A stretch of 46,454 bases of DNA from a virus, in IMG/VR virus record IMGVR_UViG_3300027852_000059, positions 1-46,454 of that record. The stretch is one strand, 5' to 3'. The first letter of the stretch is position 1; each line of letters starts with the position of its first letter. Below, piece after piece: positions 24,534-33,638 of the stretch. A model generated the notes under the pieces. The model saw only the letters and a program-made list of their open reading frames with translations, was not told the DNA's origin and searched no databases. Made by a program: the position numbers and the translations under genes.

Positions 24534-26144
24534 ATGGTATTTCAAAAGCAAGTCAGGCCCTTAAAAAGTCACCCTGTTTTATTACGCGGTGGCATTAAAC
24601 TAGCCAAGTCGTCCCTTGAAACTCGCGACGGATTTTGTCGCCAGTTAGAAAATTATGAAATAAATCTCGATGGCGATTATCAATCCGTAACCGGTTATGA
24701 ACGATTTGATGGACACCCCGCGCCAAGTGCGGCGACTGCAGCCGGCACACATAATAATGATGAAGACGAAATTGCCGACGTATTAACACAGCGCGAGATA
24801 GCAAGAGCGCTTATTCAGCCGGTACCGGGCAATGGACCAGTCTTAGGTGTCTTTAACATTGGGGCTATGGTCTATGCGTTTAGAGATAACAACGATAATA
24901 CTGAATGCGTTATGTTCCAATCTAGTGCTACTGGTTGGGAAGAATTTACCACCGGCGTTACGTTGGCCCCTGGCGGCAAATTCGAATTCGACACAATGAA
25001 TTATGAAAACCGCCCTACGATGGAAATTATCGGGGTAGATGGCGTAAATCCCGCGTTTATTTTTGATGGGACCACGTTCACCCAAATACCAAATGTGGGT
25101 ATGACGGTTAATGCACCTACCCATGTCGCGGTTAACCCTGCAGAAATAATCATGTTGTCTTATCCTGGTGGTTCTTTGCAATATCTTGGTGTGGGTGAAG
25201 TTGATTTTGCAGAGGCGGGTAGCGGTGAGTTGGCCGTCGCCGGTGAAATAAGAGGGTTAGTTAACGAGCCTGGCGATGTACTGGCGATAATATGCGATAA
25301 CAAAATAGAGTTGCTTTACGGTCGAACACCGTTGACCTGGCAAAAACAAATACTACCGGGTAAATCCGGGGCCACAGAAAACACCATTCAAAATGCAATG
25401 GGTTCGATATTTATTAATGAACATGCATTAACAACGTTGGCCCGTACACAAAATTTCGGTGACTTTGAAATTAAAGGACTATCGAGCAATGTAAGTAACA
25501 TTATCCGCGCGTACCGAAATAGGGCGGTGTCTTCATCGTATATACGAGATAAATCTCAATACCGAGTGTATTTTAATGATGGTACCGGGCTAACGTGTAC
25601 GTTGTTAGAGGGGGCCGCTATTGGCTTTACCACATTGAATATGGGCCAATCATTTAATTGTTGTTTTTCCGGTGAAGATGAAAAATATAATGAAGTGATT
25701 TACGCCGGTGGTGAAAATGGATTTGTTTATCAATTAGAGATTGGTACCAGTTTTGACGGTGAAGAAATTCAGACATCATTAACCCCACAATTTAGCCACT
25801 GCAAAAGTTACAACATTAATAAAACATTTAAAAAATTCACATTAGAGGGCCAAGCGTTGTCTTCAATTACGTTTTATGTGGTCCCATATTTTGAATATTT
25901 AACCCCTGATTACCCGGAATCCCCACCCGATACCTTTGAAACCATTGGCGGCGGTGGTGTATTTGATAATGCTAGGTTCGACGAGTTTTACTGGAACTCA
26001 GCAGTGTTGTACCAGGGCGATGTTTCTATTATTGGCCGTGGTTCGAATGTGGCCCTGTTTTTACGTACTAGTTCTAATTTTGCGACACCTCATTTAGTTA
26101 AATCAATAACGTATTTCTTTACAACCCAAGGAGCTAGAAAGTAA
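24534..26144 (+). CDS. Tail (nozzle / tubular B-like) structural protein candidate
   Basis: 536 aa. Assigned by position only. Confidence 0.45.
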   Translation: MVFQKQVRPLKSHPVLLRGGIKLAKSSLETRDGFCRQLENYEINLDGDYQSVTGYERFDGHPAPSAATAAGTHNNDEDEIADVLTQREIARALIQPVPGNGPVLGVFNIGAMVYAFRDNNDNTECVMFQSSATGWEEFTTGVTLAPGGKFEFDTMNYENRPTMEIIGVDGVNPAFIFDGTTFTQIPNVGMTVNAPTHVAVNPAEIIMLSYPGGSLQYLGVGEVDFAEAGSGELAVAGEIRGLVNEPGDVLAIICDNKIELLYGRTPLTWQKQILPGKSGATENTIQNAMGSIFINEHALTTLARTQNFGDFEIKGLSSNVSNIIRAYRNRAVSSSYIRDKSQYRVYFNDGTGLTCTLLEGAAIGFTTLNMGQSFNCCFSGEDEKYNEVIYAGGENGFVYQLEIGTSFDGEEIQTSLTPQFSHCKSYNINKTFKKFTLEGQALSSITFYVVPYFEYLTPDYPESPPDTFETIGGGGVFDNARFDEFYWNSAVLYQGDVSIIGRGSNVALFLRTSSNFATPHLVKSITYFFTTQGARK

Positions 26145-28945
26145 TGGCTATATCAGATTGGTCTTTTGAATTCACTTTTTCCCCTGGGACGCTTGTACGC
26201 TCAGACACCTTTAATCAAATTTTAGAGGGTATTGATAGTTGGTCTACAGAAGTAGCCAATATATTGAATGACAACGTTCTTAAGGTTCCTGGTACAGTTA
26301 CATTGACTACAACCGAATTTCCGGAGGCTAATTACACCAATAGTATTTTATATATTAACTCTGAAAATTCGTTAGATTATTTAAACCTCACCGCTTTTGA
26401 TGCAAGCGTTGCCGATGTTATACAAAAACATAACCACATTAGTCTTATGTACAGTGAACTACGTGGCGATGAATATATAAATAACCTCATAGCAAACCGA
26501 GCAGTTAACTTCGAGCAAACCAAAAAACAAAACATGCGAATTCATGGCGCAAGTGGTTTTGTATATGATGGTAAGCATTACAACCCAAGTATTGTGAAAA
26601 ATGTTAATGACGGTATTTCTTGTGAAGCAACAACGCCTTACGAATTCACGTTAGGTCGAACAACGTCACAAGCGTATGGTTCATCAAAAACAGATCATCC
26701 GGTGGTTAACATTGGTGGTGTTGTTTTTGATTTAGCCATGTTTGAAACGTATTACAGCAACAAAATAAAAACACCATTGCGTCCAGATGGTTTAGATATG
26801 TTGGATAAATCAGGCCGATTTGATGATTTACCCGCTGCAATTGTCGCGGGTGGTAATACACTTAGCGCAAGTTCAATTGATAGACAAACTATCGTTGCAG
26901 CACGTAGTAAAACAAGTGTGATAACAGATAAAGTTTATCCGCGCGGGATGATGCAATATCAAGAAACAAGTTACTTAGGTGTGCCTACAATTGTAAATCC
27001 CGACCAATCCGAATGCGCTATGTATTCAGATAACTGGTCAGTAGATACAGAAACCGTTGGCCGTATTTTTGATTGGCCTAATCTTACTGATGAACAAAAA
27101 GATATTGTTATAAACGGGCATCCTAATATTCATCCAAACGATGCAGGTGTTTTAGTTCAAGAGGTTGTTCAGTTATTCAATTATCAAACCTCTGTTAATT
27201 ATGCGCGCACAACACCAATCGCAACCGTAATGAACAGTGAGGGTTTTACAGCCGTTGCGGGTGACAGTGGTTTATACACTAAAGACGGTTGGAACGTTAT
27301 TCCCGTTATTGTTGTCGATATGATGAATCAAGGGGCGCATGATTTAGAATTTAATGAAAATGGTTGCCGTGAATGGTTAAATCCTAATGTAGCTTTGGGT
27401 ATGTGGTATGAAGACCCGTTATTTTCTCAAAACATGGCTGATAGCTTTACGCCCGCCGGAACAGTTTCGGGAGAAGTTGGATATAGACCAACAGGTAATA
27501 TATCAAGTGGTTCGTCCGGCCACTTCACTGGCCGTTATTTTGATGCTGTATATCAAGACCAAGTTTGGGATATTCGCGCTAAATTATCACCGTCTACACC
27601 TATCGTATCATTAGAAAAAGCGGTACGTGCGGCCATTGGTGGTAAAGCGAGTAGTCGTGCGGTTGAGTTTGTGCCGTTTACGAGTGTTGAAACGCTTAAC
27701 GCCGACACCACAACATCATATCTAATATTTGATACAGCAACACCATTCATGCTAAACATTCAAGTTGGCTCGCAGATATATGATATAAATGGTGTATCAG
27801 TTGGTTATGTTGTTGATGTGAGCTTGGTTGGCTCTATAAGTGGAAAGCCGCAAATACGTGTAGGTAACCAAGATGGAACTGTAACAGGTAATCATGGCTT
27901 AGCGTCAGGTGATAAAGTATTGATAGGGACTCACTCGAACATACCAAGCGCCTACACCATAGATATTTTACTAAGTGACCCACAAGAATTTTTGGATATG
28001 TTCCCTAATGGCTGCTTTGGACGAGTCATTCCTGATTTTTCTGGCACTACCAAAACTTACCCCCTAAACAGTAAAGCTCTAAGCAATGGCAATTATATAT
28101 ATTCTGTAGATGGTACTACGTGGGCAGCAGGAGTAGAGCCTATAAATACTACGACTAATATGTCATCTAACTGGAATACAGGTGGCATTAAAGTAGTGTT
28201 ACTTCAATACAAATTAGCACCTGATTTTACCGTTTCTAGCGGCCTTGCACGAATAGATTATATTAATGGTCTTTTTTACTCGTTAAATCATAATTCTGTT
28301 AGTTATGGTTGTGGTTTAGTTAGTTCGTTAATCGGTAAGGTGGCAACAGGTACACAAGACCAAGAACCAACAGTAACGCAACCACTATTAAGTTACGGGA
28401 TAGATTATCCAAACGGCGAGTTATATCCAAACGCACTTAGTAGACCCACACACGCCCCACTTAAACTAGACAACGTAGATAGTCCGGCGGTTAAGTGCAT
28501 CATCTACCCACATATACCCGATACTGGATTAGTTGAATATTACGTTATTTATGAGCAATTGATTAATGATAGTAGTGCAGATAGTGGCGCAGACTTTACG
28601 GATATTACAGAAGTATCTGCTGTCAGTTTAACAGCGGGGGTTCTTTATCATATTACAGATGGACAATTCGAGGGTTACTGGCGGTGTATAGCAACGTCCG
28701 GCGTAGGTTTAACTAATGCGAACTGGTATGAGGATACAAGCGGGAATATCAAATACTCTGAAAGTGGTAGCAACATTTACCTAACAAGATGGAACGGTAG
28801 CGGCTTTGGTGATAATCAGAAATTCATCATATCAGGCGGTACAGCTTACACAGAAGACGCGAACGGCAATATAAAACAATATGGTTGTGCGCAATTATTC
28901 ACTGGCGAAAACCAGTATTTATCACCGTCTTATCAAGTTAATTAA
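26144..28945 (+). CDS. Tail fibre / tailspike-like structural protein candidate
   Basis: 933 aa. ATG overlaps the previous stop. Assigned by position and size only. Confidence 0.45.
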   Translation: MAISDWSFEFTFSPGTLVRSDTFNQILEGIDSWSTEVANILNDNVLKVPGTVTLTTTEFPEANYTNSILYINSENSLDYLNLTAFDASVADVIQKHNHISLMYSELRGDEYINNLIANRAVNFEQTKKQNMRIHGASGFVYDGKHYNPSIVKNVNDGISCEATTPYEFTLGRTTSQAYGSSKTDHPVVNIGGVVFDLAMFETYYSNKIKTPLRPDGLDMLDKSGRFDDLPAAIVAGGNTLSASSIDRQTIVAARSKTSVITDKVYPRGMMQYQETSYLGVPTIVNPDQSECAMYSDNWSVDTETVGRIFDWPNLTDEQKDIVINGHPNIHPNDAGVLVQEVVQLFNYQTSVNYARTTPIATVMNSEGFTAVAGDSGLYTKDGWNVIPVIVVDMMNQGAHDLEFNENGCREWLNPNVALGMWYEDPLFSQNMADSFTPAGTVSGEVGYRPTGNISSGSSGHFTGRYFDAVYQDQVWDIRAKLSPSTPIVSLEKAVRAAIGGKASSRAVEFVPFTSVETLNADTTTSYLIFDTATPFMLNIQVGSQIYDINGVSVGYVVDVSLVGSISGKPQIRVGNQDGTVTGNHGLASGDKVLIGTHSNIPSAYTIDILLSDPQEFLDMFPNGCFGRVIPDFSGTTKTYPLNSKALSNGNYIYSVDGTTWAAGVEPINTTTNMSSNWNTGGIKVVLLQYKLAPDFTVSSGLARIDYINGLFYSLNHNSVSYGCGLVSSLIGKVATGTQDQEPTVTQPLLSYGIDYPNGELYPNALSRPTHAPLKLDNVDSPAVKCIIYPHIPDTGLVEYYVIYEQLINDSSADSGADFTDITEVSAVSLTAGVLYHITDGQFEGYWRCIATSGVGLTNANWYEDTSGNIKYSESGSNIYLTRWNGSGFGDNQKFIISGGTAYTEDANGNIKQYGCAQLFTGENQYLSPSYQVN

Positions 28946-28954
28946 GGAACTCAC

Positions 28955-29611
28955 ATGGAACAAACAATAGATTATTTTTATAAGAAAAATTCATTAGATG
29001 GAAGTGTGATTTTAGATGTTGCGGGTAAGCCTGTTTTTGACACTCGCCCACGCGATACATTAACACTTGCTGATTTACAAAAAGATATTACAGACGGCAG
29101 ACCAGAAAAGGGATTATTAGCCACAGCGCGTAAAGTGGCTATCGGTCTTAATTGGGATATATACGATAGTTATATAAAACAGTACAGCGACTATTTAACT
29201 GAATGTAATCGTATCAATGACATTAATAACGCACTGGTGGCCGATGAAGACGGTAATACACCAGACGATACCCCGTTGCCAACTGAGCCAACAATAGCCC
29301 CGTTTGAGCCGTCCACGGTCGATAGCGTAATGGCTATTGTCGCTGATACGTTAAACGATATTCAGCGTGAAAAAGATAAACGTGCAGCATTCACATATAA
29401 AGATGTTGTTTGTTCGGTTTGTGAGTCTGACCAAAACGGGTGGTTTGCATTGAGTGATTGGATACGTGACGATTTAGCCGATGGCCATGAATTTCAGCCA
29501 TTCCCGTTCAATATGGAGAATGGTAATTCTGTTTTGATAATGTCATTAGAAGAATGGAATGAATTTAAAGCGCTAAGTAAGGCAAACAGAAAAGCGTTTT
29601 TTGTAGATTAG
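28955..29611 (+). CDS. Hypothetical tail-associated protein
   Basis: 218 aa following the fibre candidate. Followed by a terminator. Confidence 0.45.
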   Translation: MEQTIDYFYKKNSLDGSVILDVAGKPVFDTRPRDTLTLADLQKDITDGRPEKGLLATARKVAIGLNWDIYDSYIKQYSDYLTECNRINDINNALVADEDGNTPDDTPLPTEPTIAPFEPSTVDSVMAIVADTLNDIQREKDKRAAFTYKDVVCSVCESDQNGWFALSDWIRDDLADGHEFQPFPFNMENGNSVLIMSLEEWNEFKALSKANRKAFFVD

Positions 29612-29629
29612 TTAAATAAACCTCAATAG

Positions 29630-29654
29630 AACCGCCTTTATTGGCGGTTTTTTT
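29630..29654 (+). terminator. Intrinsic terminator
   Basis: AACCGCC-TTTATT-GGCGGTT followed by TTTTT. Confidence 0.7.
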
Positions 29655-29676
29655 ATGTCTAAATTTGGAGAAGAAC

Positions 29677-30087
29677 ATGGATAACATTAAAAAAGCCTTA
29701 TCAGGATTGATTTTGGTCTTGTTGATTTTATTGGCAATCGTCGTTGAAATTTTTGTCATTAAACCAGTGATGATTGTCAGGGCATTCAACCCGAGCAAAT
29801 ACATAAAAACACTTTGGTTAAGCCTAGACCAACACCTAAATGCAATTTTATTTGGTGATAGGGATGAAACGTTATCTTCCAGAATTGGTAAACACATTCA
29901 TTACAGCGCGCCCGAACCTAAGTGGTTTAGTCGTTTGGCTATCCCTCTGTTTTGGTTACTACATTGGTTTGACTTTAACCATTGTTGGAAATCAATGGAT
30001 TTTAATGTCGGTTGGGGTAAATACAAGAAAGGCAAATTGCCCGTTATTTTCCCATCATTAAGTAAGTCAAATCTGCAAGCGTTCTAA
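29677..30087 (+). CDS. Membrane protein, 136 aa
   Basis: ATG 29677 with GGAG upstream. The track TTG start at 29641 lies inside the terminator. N-terminal TM LSGLILVLLILLAIVVEIFVI. Confidence 0.55.
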   Translation: MDNIKKALSGLILVLLILLAIVVEIFVIKPVMIVRAFNPSKYIKTLWLSLDQHLNAILFGDRDETLSSRIGKHIHYSAPEPKWFSRLAIPLFWLLHWFDFNHCWKSMDFNVGWGKYKKGKLPVIFPSLSKSNLQAF

Positions 30088-30104
30088 CATGCTTGCGCTA
30101 GTGT
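30083..30104 (+). repeat. 22-bp motif TCTAACATGCTTGCGCTAGTGT, copy 2 (exact repeat of 3593..3614)
   Basis: Exact match. It overlaps the stop codon of 29677..30087 and ends 49 nt upstream of ATG 30153. Confidence 0.9.
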
Positions 30105-30152
30105 AAACACTATTTATATTCCCGTTAACAGCACGATAAAGAGTTTATTATT

Positions 30153-31553
30153 ATGGCCTTGCCTACTCCATTTTCAACAACAACAACAACCGCCGATACG
30201 GATACTGCAGCTAATCAATCTGCAGAAATACAAGTGCAGCCAACTGAAAAAATTGGGAGTGTGAATTTAGCCCCGGTAAATAGTAATGAATTGTTAAGTA
30301 ACAATGTAAATAATGTTATTTCTCAAGACAGTGCGTTAATGCAACGGGCTAAAAGCCAATCCAATCAACAAATGAGTGAACGTGGTTTAAAGAACTCTAC
30401 ACTAGCACTCACAGCCGCAGAAAACGCGGTCTATGATAATGCAATTCAGATCGCCGCCGGTGATACTCAGGCATATCAAAATCAAGCAAATCAACAAAGA
30501 GAGTATGCAGCAAGTGACCTTTTGCAATCGTCAAATCAATTATTCCAATCAGGTGAAAATGAATTAGATAGAACGCAACAAACGACACTGCAGGACGACC
30601 AACAAACGTTTGTAACCGGTGAAAATGCATTAGATAGAACGCAACAAACGACACTGCAGGACGACCAACAAACGTTTGTAACCGGTGAAAATGCATTAGA
30701 TAGGGCGTTCAGTGCAACACAACAAGACGACCAACAGGCGTTTATTAAAGCTGAGTCGGAATTAGATAGAAGTTTACAAACGGTCTTACAAGATGATCAG
30801 CAAACGTTTATGACTGACATTGAAAAATTACGCCATGAAAACAGTTTAGGGGCGTTATCTAAAGAGCAAGAATACTTATTAACTCGTATGGAAAAAGAGT
30901 TGGCTAATAATCAAGCTCTACAAGATGACTCTCAAATGTTTAATGCCACTCAATCTCAATTAGCTAGATTACATGATGCAGGGATGCTGAACGATCAGCA
31001 ATTGCACGACATGGAAATGTTCGCCGCCGATTTAACAAAACAAAAAGCGCTAATAGCTACCGAGTTGGGCGCAAAGCAAGCGATGGCATATCAGCAAAAT
31101 CTTGCCGAAGCGTCAGACCAATATATGAAACAATCAGCCGCAATTATGGCAAATCCCGATTTGACTGCAGATCAAGTTGAAAATGCATTAACTCAATTAC
31201 AAACCATGTTTAAAGATAACGTTGCGATATTAGATGATATTTACGCGCCAGGTGACGATGCAATAAATTGGAACGATTTAGAGCAGGTAGGTATCCATGA
31301 CTTTGACTTTGAATTTGATGATATAGAAATAGACTACGCCGGCAGTACAGGAGTAGGAGAAATTGATATTGATGATACGGGTGGCATGTCTGATTTGGAG
31401 GTGTTTGAAGATTGGAACTCCGATTGGTCCGAAGATTTGGAAGACACTATGGCCGGGCTTGAGATTGACCCGGACGATCTTATTGATGTAGATGTTTCAG
31501 AGATCGACCCTATCATTGACCCGAAAGGGTACAACTCGATTACTATTCCATGA
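30153..31553 (+). CDS. Q/D-rich repeat protein, internal virion / ejection protein candidate
   Basis: 466 aa. Four 22-aa repeats (GENxLDRTQQTTLQDDQQTFVT). Very acidic C-terminus. First gene of the operon ending in the giant protein. Confidence 0.55.
   Translation: MALPTPFSTTTTTADTDTAANQSAEIQVQPTEKIGSVNLAPVNSNELLSNNVNNVISQDSALMQRAKSQSNQQMSERGLKNSTLALTAAENAVYDNAIQIAAGDTQAYQNQANQQREYAASDLLQSSNQLFQSGENELDRTQQTTLQDDQQTFVTGENALDRTQQTTLQDDQQTFVTGENALDRAFSATQQDDQQAFIKAESELDRSLQTVLQDDQQTFMTDIEKLRHENSLGALSKEQEYLLTRMEKELANNQALQDDSQMFNATQSQLARLHDAGMLNDQQLHDMEMFAADLTKQKALIATELGAKQAMAYQQNLAEASDQYMKQSAAIMANPDLTADQVENALTQLQTMFKDNVAILDDIYAPGDDAINWNDLEQVGIHDFDFEFDDIEIDYAGSTGVGEIDIDDTGGMSDLEVFEDWNSDWSEDLEDTMAGLEIDPDDLIDVDVSEIDPIIDPKGYNSITIP
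30552..30815 (+). repeat. Four in-frame tandem 66-bp units (units 1 and 2 nearly identical, 3 and 4 diverged)
   Basis: Units at 30552-30617 and 30618-30683 differ at about 2 positions (gaa tta versus gca tta). Confidence 0.85.
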
Positions 31554-32014
31554 TTAAAATTATTAGCCATTTTCATAAGGCTAGTGATATAGCCGTACAA
31601 GGTGTGGTAAATCGTTGTCATACTGATTTATTGGCTATGTCTTCTCAAGCGCTGAAAACCCAATTTTCTGATACGCACAAAATTGTCTTTATTGTGAATA
31701 CCCAAAATAATAAAACCAAGGGCGTAGTTTTGCTGCATTTAGTCGATCAGCATTCAGCGAATATTTTGTTTTTTGGACATAAAGGGTTTGTGACTAAATC
31801 TCTTATAAAAAAGGTATATCAGACCGCTTTTGATGACTTTGATTTATGCAGAGTGACAGCCAAAATATACACCGACAATGTCACCTCTTTATCAATCGCC
31901 AAACGATTAGGGTTTGTTTTTGAGGGGACCTTAAGGCAAGTTAAACCGGGTTGTGATTTGCACATGTTAAGTATGTTACCTGGTGAGTGTCCGTTTGTTG
32001 GGGGTGTTCAATGA
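31550..32014 (+). CDS. GNAT-family N-acetyltransferase (RimJ/RimL-like)
   Basis: ATGA overlap with the upstream gene. The C-terminal ...NVTSLSIAKRLGFVFEGTLRQ is typical of RimJ/L-type GNATs. Confidence 0.65.
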   Translation: MIKIISHFHKASDIAVQGVVNRCHTDLLAMSSQALKTQFSDTHKIVFIVNTQNNKTKGVVLLHLVDQHSANILFFGHKGFVTKSLIKKVYQTAFDDFDLCRVTAKIYTDNVTSLSIAKRLGFVFEGTLRQVKPGCDLHMLSMLPGECPFVGGVQ

Positions 32015-32460
32015 TACGCCCTGGCATACTCGCAGATATACCCGACATTATCGAACTTGGCTTACATGTTTTAACCAATAGTGCCTATCAGTTAGCCCCA
32101 AACGTCGATAAAGCAGCCGCTAAATTTAAACAAGCCATAAAAAATCCTAATATGTTTTGTGTTGTTGCCGAAAACCAAACCGGTGATGTAGTGGGTGTAT
32201 TGGTCATTAATATGTCTGAATCTTGGTTGTCGGATGACCACACCGCCCATGACGCCGTTTTTTATATCCATCCATCTTATGTAAATAAAGCCCCGTTTAT
32301 GATCAAGCGCGCATTGTCTTGGGTGTCAGCTAGACCATCAATAAAACAATTTCATTTAGGGATCACTTCCGGTTATGCCAATACCACAAGAACCGGCCAA
32401 CTATATCAACGCTTGGGATTTTCTCAGGTTGGTGAAAATTACTTAAAAATAATGAGGTAA
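32011..32460 (+). CDS. GNAT-family N-acetyltransferase (second, divergent copy)
   Basis: ATG 32011 overlaps the previous TGA. Contains IRPGILADIPDI...VVGVLV...GQLYQRLGFSQVGENY. Confidence 0.6.
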   Translation: MIRPGILADIPDIIELGLHVLTNSAYQLAPNVDKAAAKFKQAIKNPNMFCVVAENQTGDVVGVLVINMSESWLSDDHTAHDAVFYIHPSYVNKAPFMIKRALSWVSARPSIKQFHLGITSGYANTTRTGQLYQRLGFSQVGENYLKIMR

Positions 32461-32463
32461 ACC

Positions 32464-33078
32464 ATGAGCAATGTAATTGAAAAAATATTCGACCCAATTG
32501 AGGACCTAGTAAATGACATAGGCGATGGCCTAGAAGATGTTATTGAAAGTGATGTATTTAAAACCGTTGCTATCGGTGCCGCTGTTTATTTTGGCGGGGC
32601 CGGGTTGATTGGATTAAGTAATGGAACCGGGTTTATGGCGGGCATGTCGAGTGCCGGCTCCACTTGGAGTAGTGCGCTAGGTTTTAGTGAGGCCGTAGCA
32701 GGAACAACCGAAGTCGCCGCCGTCGCCGGTGATACTGCCGCCGCTGCCGAAGTTGCTGCAGGGGGCGGCAATGCGGTTAATACAATAAGTGCGGTGGGAA
32801 ATACAACCCAAGGAATGACAGCCGGTGATGCCATGATGGGTGCCGCAAAATTACAAGCCGCGACGCAGGGTGTCGGTATAGCTGTTAACGCCTATGGTGA
32901 ACACATGGCCGAAGAAGAACGCGAAGAAGAACGCGACAAGCAACAGTTTTTTGGGATGAATCGTAATGGTGAGGGCGGTCAAGTATACAAACCACTTGCG
33001 TATCGTCCTGGTACTCGCAAGCCTGGCCAAGTTCAATCTGCAGTAAACCAAACCCGTCGCTTAGACGATAACTTATAA
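32464..33078 (+). CDS. Gly/Ala-rich membrane-associated internal virion protein candidate
   Basis: 204 aa. TM-like FKTVAIGAAVYFGGAGLIGL, then a long G/A/T-rich segment. Confidence 0.5.
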   Translation: MSNVIEKIFDPIEDLVNDIGDGLEDVIESDVFKTVAIGAAVYFGGAGLIGLSNGTGFMAGMSSAGSTWSSALGFSEAVAGTTEVAAVAGDTAAAAEVAAGGGNAVNTISAVGNTTQGMTAGDAMMGAAKLQAATQGVGIAVNAYGEHMAEEEREEERDKQQFFGMNRNGEGGQVYKPLAYRPGTRKPGQVQSAVNQTRRLDDNL

Positions 33079-33089
33079 AAGGGGCTCCC

Positions 33090-33635
33090 ATGATAACTAA
33101 TAGACCTAATCCACCTCAACAAGCCCCTGATGCCGCGCAATCACCAGAACAGCAGCAAGCCTCTGGTGGTAAAGCGAGTGAGGGCCAAAATAAACAACTT
33201 AAACAATTGGTTGAGGCTGCATTAATGATCATTCATTCCGAAAAGTCCGGTGCGTCAATTCATAAAGCGGTAGTGTCGGCTCAAGACCCGATTGAGGGGA
33301 TAGCAAAAGCCACTATGACGATTTTGCGACGTATTGAAGTTAAAGCGAAAAAAGTAGATGACGCGGTACGTATGGAATTGGCCCGTCAAATATTGAATGA
33401 ATTAACAAAACTTTCTATCACTGCCGGCATATTAACCAAAGAGCAGTTAACGCCAGAATTCATTAAAGCGTTGATCGGTAAGGTTATGCAATTGTACTTA
33501 TCTAATCGAGCAAGTTCCGGTCAATTGGGTAAAAAACAATTATCTTCAATGGTCGAAAGTGGGCGTAAGTATGCGGGCCAAAACCCGGATAAATTCGCCG
33601 ACATGACTGATTTAATGGGCCAACAAGAGGGCTAA
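33090..33635 (+). CDS. Hypothetical internal virion protein candidate
   Basis: 181 aa. Assigned by operon position only. Confidence 0.5.
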   Translation: MITNRPNPPQQAPDAAQSPEQQQASGGKASEGQNKQLKQLVEAALMIIHSEKSGASIHKAVVSAQDPIEGIAKATMTILRRIEVKAKKVDDAVRMELARQILNELTKLSITAGILTKEQLTPEFIKALIGKVMQLYLSNRASSGQLGKKQLSSMVESGRKYAGQNPDKFADMTDLMGQQEG

Positions 33636-33638
33636 ATC

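Noticed and set aside
32586-32834. 82-aa minus-strand Ala/Pro-rich ORF (similarly 36395..36823, 38765..39145, 24843..25181, 4453..4767, 15730..16053)
   Set aside because: All lie antisense within long, well-supported plus-strand CDSs and have biased, low-complexity composition. They are typical shadow ORFs.
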